64,000 bases of DNA from Psammoneis japonica (Eukaryota): assembly GCA_008632985.1 (NCBI GenBank), contig QPGO01000087.1:124001-188000 (forward strand), given 5' to 3'. A program made the translations under genes and the position numbers. Shown in pieces: positions 1-10,705 of the stretch; within the stretch, counting starts at the first letter, position 1; each line of letters opens with the position of its first letter. The notes beneath the pieces were generated by a model. The model did not search any database. It was not told the origin of the DNA and was given only the letters and a program-made list of their open reading frames with translations.

Positions 1-156
1 ACACCGAAGCGACTGCCATTTGATCCGTGCAGAACTCAGCAACCTCAGCCACAGCAACAGAAATTGAGCTCTACTTGTGATCACATTAAAGTACAGCGAA
101 TCGACATAGAACGACCAGCCGCCGTTTCGCCCTTATCTCTTACGCCAAGGTACAAC

Positions 157-699
157 ATGGAGCCCAGGGCCATTCGCGGGGATTTTTCACTGATTGCATC
201 AAGGCTATTTGCAGGATGCATTCTATTGGATTCAGTTCCTCTAAACAACGATTTGATCGAGAACCCACTCAAGCGTCTTTTTGCCAAGAGCGCCACGCTG
301 TTTTCAAGACGACAAGTGCAAAGCGCGGACGAGCGACGCGGCCGTAGTGACCAACTCTGGAATGTTGCGGAGGAAACCAGTCTTTCGAAACGACTTGTCC
401 ATATCAACAACAGTGTCTACTCCTCGCTGAGGTTCAGAAAAGCTTTGTCGTTGCAACGAGAAAAGGGGACGCTCGTGACGGAATGTGTCGTCAGGGAAAC
501 ACGGCCTGTCAAGAGACTTGCGGCATACTCCAACGTGTTGGAGGATATTTTTGAGACTCAAGTCAAAAAGTTGCCATCACCAGACGATGACGAAAAGGAT
601 GACTGGAGCTCGGATGATGAGGAGAGTTGCGTCGGCATCGAGGAGGAAACGTGGTATGACGCCGTCGAAGAAGCTTCGCGCTTGAAGCTTTCCGGATAG
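157..699 (+). CDS. Hypothetical protein with acidic C-terminus (may extend upstream)
   Basis: Open frame 64-699 with first ATG at 157, normal TpA content, acidic tail DDDEKDDWSSDDEE; no recognised domain. Confidence 0.45.
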   Translation: MEPRAIRGDFSLIASRLFAGCILLDSVPLNNDLIENPLKRLFAKSATLFSRRQVQSADERRGRSDQLWNVAEETSLSKRLVHINNSVYSSLRFRKALSLQREKGTLVTECVVRETRPVKRLAAYSNVLEDIFETQVKKLPSPDDDEKDDWSSDDEESCVGIEEETWYDAVEEASRLKLSG

Positions 700-783
700 T
701 CTACCTACACATAGCCAAATTATACAGTACATTCACAAGTGACGACCACTGTGAACTAAAACAACCATTTTTAAGTTATTTTC

Positions 784-1479
784 TTAATACAAAAATCCCA
801 AATAGTGAAAGGAAGACACGATCATGATGTAGATGAAACTCAAATACATCTCTTGGTACATTCCCATCTTCTGCAATAGGCTTAGTCTACCGTACGTGAT
901 CTTTGCGTCTTTAGCCTCAATCCATTTGCCGGCAAAAAAGGGAATGGGGCCAATTACAGCCAGGGTAATAATGATCGGAGCTCCGTAAAAGCCATGCTTG
1001 GTGTAGACGCGGTAGAGGAGCGTGAAGCCGAGAATGTAGCCAAAAACGTGGTCGGTGAAGTGGTCGAGCCAGCCGCCAAACTCGCTTCCCAGCCCATAAC
1101 GACGAGCCATTTGGCCGTCCGTGCAGTCGAGCATCTGGCTGAGTGGCAATAGAAGCATCTGAATCAAGAAACCAGGTTCACCACCCCAAGCAAGCAGTAC
1201 AACGGAGAGCGTGCGTACAGAAAGACAGTTCAGAATGGTGACCTTGTTGGGTGTATTGACACCGACCTCATATAAATACGGAGTCAATTGGTCCGCGATC
1301 AGGTATTCAAGGTTTGCAGGACACAAGATGAGATTCGAAGTGATTGCATTTGGCTTGTACCCCGGAGCCGCGCAATTGAGGCAGCAGGGGTATTTTGGCT
1401 TCCAACACTTTTCGGCGGCACGCTGCTCCTTAACTGACTTGTCCGCACCAAAAAGCTTATGGATGAGTGAAGTAGACAT
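784..1479 (-). CDS. CDP-alcohol phosphatidyltransferase family membrane protein
   Basis: Signature LDCTDGQMARRYGLGSEFGGWLDHFTD matches DG-x2-AR-x8-G-x3-D-x3-D; hydrophobic helices; ATG at 1479 (MSTSLIHK) chosen as start. Confidence 0.82.
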   Translation of the reverse strand: MSTSLIHKLFGADKSVKEQRAAEKCWKPKYPCCLNCAAPGYKPNAITSNLILCPANLEYLIADQLTPYLYEVGVNTPNKVTILNCLSVRTLSVVLLAWGGEPGFLIQMLLLPLSQMLDCTDGQMARRYGLGSEFGGWLDHFTDHVFGYILGFTLLYRVYTKHGFYGAPIIITLAVIGPIPFFAGKWIEAKDAKITYGRLSLLQKMGMYQEMYLSFIYIMIVSSFHYLGFLY

Positions 1480-3627
1480 TGGATGCAGTGATGAACATTC
1501 TCTTCTTGCGCCTTGTCGATATGTCATGAACATTCTCTTCGTGCACACAAGTTTTGAGGCGCTCTTTGGCATGCAGAAAAATCGTTGTCTTTGGCCTCTT
1601 TGCAAGAAGCGAGCTGGCACGTCCTGCGCAACGTCAACGTTCAACATTCGTTCATGCTGGCGTGGGTTCGCGCGCGCGTACCTACAGCACACCTGTCAGA
1701 GGGGGCGGCGGGGGTGGTCATCATCTTTCTGTCTCTCCAGTCTACTCTCTACGGCAGCAGAGAGTGCAGTGCCGGCACGCATGATGCAGTGCTGCCGGTG
1801 ACCCACAGAGCACAGGGGTTGTGGGTTGTGGCAGCAACACCAGTGTGCAACTGCAGAGCAGGAAGATCCAAATCCCAACCCACTGCCATGCCACAGCAAG
1901 CCAGTCAGAAGGGCAGAGAAGGAAAGGGTTGGTGTCAAAAACGGGTTAATCTCATGTGTTGCTGGCGCTGCGGCCAGCATGGCTGAGCCCCGCACAAAAC
2001 AAAAGATGCCCTTGCTGAGCCCAAAGGCCAAAAAAGACTTTGCAGCGTGAGTCTCTCCCAACTCAGAGAAGCGCCACATGCAGACGTGACTTGTTTCATG
2101 TTGCATGGCCGAGTTGCTGTGACCCCTGTCCGGAGCCAGCACCCAGAGCTGTTTTCCCACGGCAAAACCGCGCAAACATGCCTCTGCGGCGATGCCCTCT
2201 TTCGTGCTGCCGCTGTTCAACACAACAGCTGCTCCCCCAAACACCACTTGTGCTCTTGACAACAGAAGCCGAGCCTCGTGTTGGGCGAGGCATGTCCTTT
2301 GTTGTTGTGCACTTTCGCCCTGGTCTCTCATGAAGCACCGGCACCAGCCCACTTGCCTCTGCTCTTCTGCTCCCATTGCGGCTCTGCCGGTTGCGCATCA
2401 CTGGAAAATGTGTGTCTCTGTTGCCATCCACAGCAGCCCATCACCACTGGCACATCTGTCAATTCTGTCCTTGCGCCACCTGCTGCAGCAATGTGACCAT
2501 CTGCAAATCTCTGCCTCTTGAGACACTCTTCTTGTGCACCAGCCTGAGTTCAACATGGTGCGCGACAAACTCAAAAATGATTTTGTTGGAACTCAAAAAG
2601 AGATGGTTGCAACTGACATGTCGACTCCTCTTTGCAATGTCCTCATCAACCCAACAGCTGCAAGGCAGCTGCGCACATCATCAAAGATGCCTGTTGGCCA
2701 AGCTGCAAAACTGTTTGTGCAGTGTTGCACAGACTGCACAAACGCAAAGGCACTGCAGCTGTGTGCACTCTTGATGGTGCACACAATCTGCTCAAATGGC
2801 AAACTGATGCAAAGCACAAAGCCAGAAAAAACACCTTTTGAAGAGATGGCGCCATTTCTTCTTCAGCAAAACTGGCCAGAACAACACAGACTTGAGGCAC
2901 TCAACAGGTGGAAAAGTGTCATTTGTCCAAGAGGTGGCATCATGCTGCCAATCAAAAAAGTTTTTGACCAAGAAGGAATCCTGTGCATTCAAGTTGCCAT
3001 TGAAGCCAAAGCCCAGAATGTTGAGATGCAAAATTCTGGGATTGTCACCCGTGCAGAATCTGATGATGGCAACATCTGTGGGCACAACTGTGAGAAATGG
3101 GCCACAAACTTGAGCCCCCACAATGGCAACTGCTGCATTTTGGTTGTGACTCAAATCAATGCTCAGGAGAGTGCTGTGAGGGGCCAAGTGGGAGGATTGC
3201 AAGAAGCATGCCATTCCTGCCTGCTTTTTGTGGCTGTGACTGCAACATCAAGGCAGACAGCTTGCCTTTTGTGGAGACGATGGAAGGGCACATGACTGCG
3301 GTGGACAAGAGGCAGTTTCTCAGAGACATTGAAACAAATTTCAAGTGGCCGCCAGCAGCACCAGCTCACAGCATTGATGGTGGAGGGCAGCCTGCCAAAG
3401 GATTTGCAGAAGAAGCAGAACATGCCATGAAAATGTTCCTTGGTCACCCCATCCTCAGATTGACACCAAAAGAAGGATCCGACCTGAGTGAGGTGCCATT
3501 GAACTGGTGCCTCCATGTGATCACCCACCCACAATTTTTAAAAAAACAGTGGCAAAGGATGGGGAAGATGCCTTGGATTTGAAAAGTTGCCCACGGCCAT
3601 TCTTGGTGGCCTTCTTCAAAGCAATGG

Positions 3628-4023
3628 TGACAGGATTTGAACAGGATTTGGGTGCGCGCGAAATGTCGCGTGCCATTTGGTTTGCCGCGCACAGTTTTGT
3701 GTGCTCTTTGGTTCCGCGCGTGCGCGCGCCATGCAGTTTGCTTTGAGCCACACGGCTCACAAGAATGACAACCTTGAGTCCAGTCGAAGCCAACACGAAA
3801 ATCCTTCTCCTGCACAGTTCCCAGTGCAAATTCTGCAGGAAAAAAACCCGGATGTGGACACTTTTTGGACACTCCTGGACACAAGGATGACAGCAGCCCG
3901 ATTGCACCGACTTGCACGTCTTTCGGCTCCTGTGACGGTCTCTGAGCGGAGACTCATCTGCCATTTAGACAGCAGCAAGGAGTTGTTGTTTGAATTCTTG
4001 CCATTTGCCTTCAATTTCTGTCA
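3628..4023 (+). repeat. 5' LTR (396 bp)
   Basis: TGACAGGATTTGAACAGG...CTTCAATTTCTGTCA, repeated at 10425-10705. Confidence 0.95.
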
Positions 4024-4040
4024 GATTAACAGTCTTGCTC
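4024..4040 (+). promoter_or_regulatory. Putative primer-binding site complementary to a tRNA-Asn(GTT) anticodon arm
   Basis: GATTAACAGTCTTGCTC abuts the 5' LTR; its reverse complement GAGCAAGACTGTTAATC contains the Asn anticodon loop CTGTTAA. Confidence 0.6.
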
Positions 4041-4957
4041 ATTGTCAACCCATTGAGCAACCGCCATCGTCGTCGTTGATTTACCGACGACGCTTTTCAA
4101 TTCTGCGTGGACCTTCGTGTGCATTCTACGTACATCGGCAAGTCTACGCGCATTCAATGCCAGGCATCGGCAGGAATTTAACGTCACCGTCAAGTCTCCT
4201 CACCGCTGGATGTCTGGATTGATTGCGCTGCCTTTTGTCGCTGAAGACATGCATTCAACGGTTGTGTCCAAGTCTGTCCTTGATCCTCATCCCTTCATGT
4301 GCCCATTCAACGGTTAACGGTCAAGAACCCCACATGTTCAAGGATCTTCGTCGCTGTAGACACACATGTGCACACATCTTCACGGCCAAGAACTTGAACC
4401 CACTCTTTGGACTGCGGCTTTGCTGTCACTCTACAAGCACGCCGAGCCTGTTGCACCTGATCTACCCGGACTGCTGGTGCTCTGCAGTTCTGCTGGGTCC
4501 ACCAGGACGACTGTGAGAGCAAGCAGCCGTGATTGCAGCCTGCGTTGGGGCGAGGGTGTTTTCCCACGTTTGTTCGTTCGTCCACAGAGCCTGATGCCTG
4601 CATCAACTGGCCAGCCTGATCGGGAAATCCAACCGACACAAAATGAGAACAGTTTGGGGGTCTTGTCCACCTCCAGTCAGCTTGCCTGCAGGGGTTTGCA
4701 ACCCGCTGCTCCGCTCGCAAGCAACCCAAAGCGCTGCTGGCTGTGGGTTCGGACGTGCCGGCACAACTCTGCGGACCGGATGGGAAGTTTAGCACTTGAC
4801 AACGAACGGGATGACACAACCCGGCGACTTCTGATTTTAAGACAGTTCAAGATTTCAAGTCAAGTCCATTTCAAGCCAAGTCCATTCCCACTCAAGTTTC
4901 AAGTCTGCCTCCACGTCCCAACAAAAATCGCTTGTCCTGACACCGCTTTTGTCTGCC

Positions 4958-7900
4958 ATGGTTCTCACTCGTCAGCAACAAACCCATGGTTTCGAGCACG
5001 TTGTTGGAACCGTGCTTGCCCAAGGTGCTGGAAGCCCTCTTCGTTTGGCTTTGACCCATGACGGCACGGACTCGCACCAAGAACTGTTCGCGTTCACACC
5101 TTCCCAAATCGACTCGCTTGAGTGCGACAACGGCACTGATGTGATCCCATTGCCCCGAGGTCATAAGAACATGTTGGCAGCTCCAGCCAGTCTGCACATT
5201 GTCAAAGCACACAAAGGCCTTGATGTTGCCAATGACTCCTGTTGTTTGCGCATGAGGAGTTCCTTGCCTGCCGCCTCAGCCCCGACCACATGTCCTCTGT
5301 GTCCGTCGGCAGCTCACCTCTCGCACCTCCACATGTCACCAACCCGACCAAGGCACGCGACCCGGTGCGAGACTTCAAGCAAGGCATCCAGCATGACCCC
5401 ACTGCTTTCACGGCTCTCAAATCCGACAAGCAGTGGCACACTTGGCACACCTCACTTGTGGCACAAGCCCGTGCCCAAGACGTCGAGTGCATTTTAGACT
5501 CGTCGTACAAACCAACCACCCCCGAGGACAAACTGCTCTTTGCTGAACAGCAAAAGTGCATGTTCGCCATCTTCAAACACATCCTTCTCACCGACAAGGG
5601 CAAAGCCCTCATTTGCAAAAATGTGGGGTCTTCTGATGCCCAGACCGTCTGCCGTGCCTTGTCCGAGCATGCGCTCGCCTCCACCTGCGCATCTGTCGAG
5701 TCTCCACCTTGCTCATGTGCCTCACCACCGCACGCCTTGGTGATGGCACTTGGAAAGGTCCGACCCACGGGTTCATCCTTCATTGGCAGGATCAGTTGCG
5801 CAAGTGCAAGGCACTCATCCCAGCCAGTGACCACTTCTCTGAAGGACAGAAGCACGTCATGCTCGAGAATGCCGCACATCCTGTCGAGGAACTCCGTGCC
5901 GTCAAGAACCAAGCTGATCAACATCGCACGCAGAGTGGCAAGAGCCTCACATGCGATCAATGTTGTGGCTTGCTCCTCTCCGCGGTGGCTCAATGCGACA
6001 GAGCACATTTCAACCCAAGACGACACCTCGAGCTCCCCGCCGCGCCACATGCGCACACGACGTCCACTCCGAGGAACCATCCGATGATGTGTTCTATGAC
6101 ATCGACAGCGACATTGACGTCCTTCAGGCCAACGCTGCCTGCACCCGCGGTCCAGCCTCGCCGGCGACCAATGGAAACGTCTCCCTCCTGACCACCAACG
6201 GATTTGGGATTCGTTGCCCCATTCCTCCAAGGCGATCATCCTTGAGCATTCTCGTCCACCTCCCCGCAACCCACGAGCCAGCAACTGCCATGAGTCCATT
6301 GCGGTCAACCTTCACGACCAACGACTTGGGAGTGACAGTGATGTCAACTTGTCCAACACGACTCCTGCTGACTCTGGTGATCCCACTCAAATGTGGGTGC
6401 CACTTCAGACAATCCCATTCTGGCGCATCTCACCAAGCGCAAGCCACTGCCACCCGGTGATCTGCAACGCCTGTTGTCTCCTAACCAAGCCCCCAACGCC
6501 AGTTGACTGGGCCCATCCGCTGCTCCCTCTACCTCGCCTGCTCCTCCAGATGACACAGAACTTGACGGCCACACTTGCCGCGCGTCAACAACCACAATGT
6601 CATTTGCTCTGCCTCCGCTCATCGCTCCACACGCACTGGTGCTCTAGTCGATCGTGGAGCCAACGGCGGCATTGCTGGCAACGACGTTCGCGTCATTGCA
6701 TGCACCTCTCGCCAAGTCGACGTTCAGGGCATTGACGACCATCAATTGGTGGACATCCCCATTGTCGCCGCTGGTGCCATCATTGAGACACAGCGTGGTC
6801 CCGTCATCGCCATCCTCCATCAGTGCGCATGCACGGGAAAAGGCAAGACCATTCACACCTGCGGCCAGCTCGCATGGTGCAAACATGATGTCAACAATCA
6901 CTCTGTCAAGGTGCCCAATGGCTTGCAGTGCATCGCCACCCCTGATGGCCATGTCATCCCAATTGACATCAAGGGCGGCCTGCCTTGTGTTGCCATGCGA
7001 CCCCACACTGACGACGACTGGGACACCCTGCCAATGTCATCCTTGCCGGTGACGACACATGGGATCCTTCCGTCCTTGATCACTCTGTCACTGACGACGA
7101 CCGGTGGTGCGACGCGATCTCTGACCTGCAGGACGATCCCACTGCCAACCCATTTGATGAGTGCGGCAACTGCCGTCACCGTGTCGTTGTCAACAAGGCC
7201 ATCATGTCCGCCTCCTTGTCTGCCGATCACGCGTCTGCCCTCGATGACCACCTCATTCCGAATGACGACGTGTTCTACGAGTGTCACCCACACGCGATTG
7301 ACCACAAGGACGACGACGTTCCGCCCCCGGAGTGCAATGTGCAGCCCAAGGACCCCCCCTGCGAGTCTCTTTGGCCCTGCTTTGGTTTCCAACCTGCCGA
7401 TGCGGTTCGTCGCACTTTCGACTGCACCACCCAGTGTGCCCGCATGCCCGCCGGTGCACACCTTAAGAAGGCCTGCAAATTGCCCAACCCCGCCCTTGAT
7501 GTGCACCGCCGCAACGAGCCTGTCGCCACTGACACCATTTGTGCCGACACCCCGGCCGTCGACTCTGGTTGCACCAGTGCCCAACTGTTTGTTGGCACCG
7601 AGTCTGCCGTCACTGACGTCTGCGGCACCAAGACCAACAAAGAGTTTGTCAACACACTCGAGGATCAGATCCGTGAGCATGGTGCTCCCTCCAAACTCAT
7701 CAGCGACCGTGCTCAAGTTGAGATCAGCAACAAGGTGCTCGGGATTCTATGAGCCCTCTTCATCTCCAGCTGGCAAAGCGAGCCTCACCAGCAACACCAA
7801 AACTTTGCCGAACGCCGACACCAGACCGTGAAGCACATGGTGAACACCGTCATGGACCGTTTGGTTCGCCTGCCCACACATGGCTGCTGGCGCTCATGCA

Positions 7901-10380
7901 TGTTTGCTTCGTGCTCAACCACACAGCGTCCCCACGTCTCCACTGGTGCACGCCCCTCGAGACTCTTGCTGGCTCCACCCCGGACATCAGCCCATTGCTT
8001 CACTTTCACTGGTGGGAACCCGTGCACTTCCACCTTGATGACTCTGATTGGCCATCCAAATCCCGTGAGTTGCACGGACGCTTTGTTGGCATTGCTGAGC
8101 ACGTCGGCCACCAGATGACCTTTAAGATTCTCTCTGACGAGACCCAGAAGATTCTCTGCCGGTCCAATGTACGATCCGCTGCCACCGATCCCACCGTTTG
8201 AAACCTGGGTCTTGATCCTCCTGATGGGGAGCCACCTGAACCCATCATCAAATCTCACCATGATGACAACCCCGTCGATTCACCTGATGGGGAGATCAGG
8301 ACACCCAAGATGCCAGTTTTTGATCCGCAAGACATCATCGGATGCACCTTCCTCATGCAGCCACAAGAGGACGGACAACGCCACAGAGCTTGCATCGTCA
8401 AGGCCGTCAAAGATCACGAATGGAAAGTGAACGGCAACCCCGAGCTCACTGAGTTCGTCTGCTCTGTCAACAACGACGAATGCGAGGAAGTCCTGGCCTG
8501 CAACGACATCATGAATCACATTGAGCAAGAAGACGAAGACACTGCTGTTTGGAAATTCCGACATGTTGTGTCACACAAAGGACCTCTGAAGCCTCACGAC
8601 CCAACCTTGAAAGGCTCAAGCTACAACATCATGCTTCAATGGGAAAGTGGGGAGATCACGTCCGAGCCTCTTGCCATCATCGCCAAGGACGACCCTGTCA
8701 CCTGTGCCATCTGTGCACGAGAGAACGGACTTCTCGACACTGATGGCTGGAAGCGGTTCTGCACCATCGCGAGGCGCCAGAAGAAGCTGTTCCGCATGGC
8801 CAACCAAGCCAAGCTGTGCTCCTTCTGCACTGCACCTCGCCACAAGTGCGGACACGAAGTTCCCCAGAACTGCAAACATGCCATGTCCCTAGACGAACAC
8901 AACGGCAACCGCAAATGGGGAGATGCAACCAATCTTGAGATGGACCAACTCGACGAATACGAAGTCTTTCATGACTGCGGGCCCTCTGAGTCTTCCACTC
9001 CTCCTGCGGGACACAAGAAGATCCGAGTGCACCTGGTGTGCGATGTGAAACACGACGGCCGCCACAAGGCATGACTCGCAGCCGATGGACACCTCACGGA
9101 CGCACCCATGACAGTGTCCACTCTGGAGCAGTCTCTCTTTGTGGCCTTCGGCTGATGATTTTCCTGGCCGAACTCAACGAGTTGGAGACATGGGCCACCA
9201 ACATCGGCAATGCCCACCTTGAAGCCACCACCAAGGAGAAGCTGTACATTGCAGCTGGACCCAAATTTGGCAAACTCAAAGGCCACATTCTTGTCATCTA
9301 CAAGGCCCTGTGTGGACTGCGCAGCTCCAGCCTCCGCTGGCACGAGCGCTTCGCCGACTGCCTGCAAGCTGAAGGTTTCTTCCCCTGCCGCGCCGAACCT
9401 GACATTTGGATGTGCAGGAACGGCAACCACTGTGAATGTGTTGCCGTTCATGTGGATGACCTCGCCATTGCCATGAAGGATCCTCAACCTTTCGTCGACA
9501 CTCTCACGGAAAAGTGCAAGTTCAAGCTCAAGGGTGCGGGACCGATTGAGTTCCATCCAGGCTGCGACTTCTCCCGGGATCCTGACGGCACCTTGTGTCT
9601 GTCTCCGTGCAAGCACATCGAACGCATGGTCGACAGCTGCACATGACTGTTTGGGGAGAAACCTGTCACCAACGTCCTGTCCCCTCTGGAAAAGGGTGAC
9701 CACCCCGAACTGGACACCTCCGAACTGCCAGAGCCCGATGGCATTCAACAGCTCCAGTCTCTTGTTGGATCCCTCCAATGGGCAGTGTCTCTTGGTCGAA
9801 TTGACATCACCACAGCTGTCATGTCACCATCTAGCTTCCGAGCTGCACCCCATCAAGGCCACTTGGATCGTGCCAAACGCGTCTGTGGGCACCTCTCCAA
9901 GATGCGACACGGCGCTCTCTGCGTTCACACGGAAGAGCCCGACCATTCGGATCTCCCTGCACCGGCCTGTGAATGGATGCATTCCGTGCATGGCAAAGCA
10001 GAGGAGATGATCCCGAAGGATGCTCCACCGCCCCTTGGCAAGTTTGTCACTGCCACCCACTGCGTCAATGCAAACTTGTGTCATTGCATGCTCACCGGAT
10101 GCTCTGTCATGGGAATGCTCCACTTCCTCAACAAATTCGGTTGCATGTTCGGTGACAACAAGTCGGTTGTAGACAGTGCCACCATCCCGCACTCCAAGTT
10201 ACACAAGCGACACACTGCTCTCTCGTTCCATCGTGTGCGTGAGGCGATCGCCTCTGGCCACCTTGAGCTCCACTTCATCGAAGGCTCCCGCAACCCTGCT
10301 GACATTCTCAGCAAGCATTGGGGTTGCTCCCAAATCTGGAACCTTCTCCGTCCCCTCATGTTTTGGAACTTCATTCCATC
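4958..10380 (+). pseudogene. Copia gag-pol polyprotein, frameshifted and hypermutated
   Basis: gag-like DPVRDFKQGIQHD...AQARAQDV; protease ALVDRGANGGIAG (~6640); integrase VATDT...KLISDRAQVE...WQSEPHQQHQNFAERR; RT DVKHDGRHKA, KALCGL, AVHVDDL; RNase H tail MFGDNKSVV...HRVREAIA...NPADILSKHW. Confidence 0.93.
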
Positions 10381-10424
10381 CGAAGTCGAATCTGTTTCTG
10401 TGACTCCTCAAGCAAACTGGGGAG

Positions 10425-10705
10425 TGACAGGATTTGAACAGGATTCAGGTGTGCGCGAAATGTCGCACGCCGTTTAGTTTGCCATGCACAGTTTGTGTGT
10501 GCTCTTTAGTTCCGCACGTACGCGCGCGATGTGGTTTTTGCTTTCAAGCCACACGGCTCACAAGAATGACAACAGCAGCCCGATTGTGCCGACTTGCACG
10601 TCTTTCGGCTCCTGTGACGGTCTCTGAGCGGAGACTCATCTGCTGTTTAGACAGCAGCAAGGAGTTGCTGTTTGAATTCTTGCCATTTGCCTTCAATTTC
10701 TGTCA
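10425..10705 (+). repeat. 3' LTR (281 bp, lacks ~115 bp present in the 5' LTR)
   Basis: Direct repeat of 3628-4023, preceded by polypurine GGGGAG (10419-10424). Confidence 0.95.

Larger units (their letters stand above)
3628..10705 (+). mobile_element. Full-length, inactivated Ty1/Copia LTR retrotransposon (diatom CoDi-type)
   Basis: Two LTRs with TGACAG...CTGTCA ends, flanking ATGG/ATGG duplication, GGGGAG purine tract before the 3' LTR, and gag-PR-IN-RT-RH domain order. Confidence 0.95.

Noticed and set aside
4024..4040. tRNA-Asn gene on the minus strand
   Set aside because: Only a partial anticodon arm matches, with no cloverleaf; its position next to the LTR fits a PBS.
8310..9660. Alternative genetic code with CAY/TGY read as Tyr
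   Set aside because: Flanking host genes use TAY for conserved Tyr and standard His/Cys, and the element also has stops and frameshifts.
4958..10380. ADAR-type RNA editing before reverse transcription
   Set aside because: Both TG and CA outcomes occur, the two LTRs differ from each other, and a DNA transposon is equally affected.
3628..10705. Classical RIP or APOBEC-type editing as the cause of the skew
   Set aside because: RIP increases TpA and APOBECs edit C; conserved motifs here show TA as the lost ancestral state.
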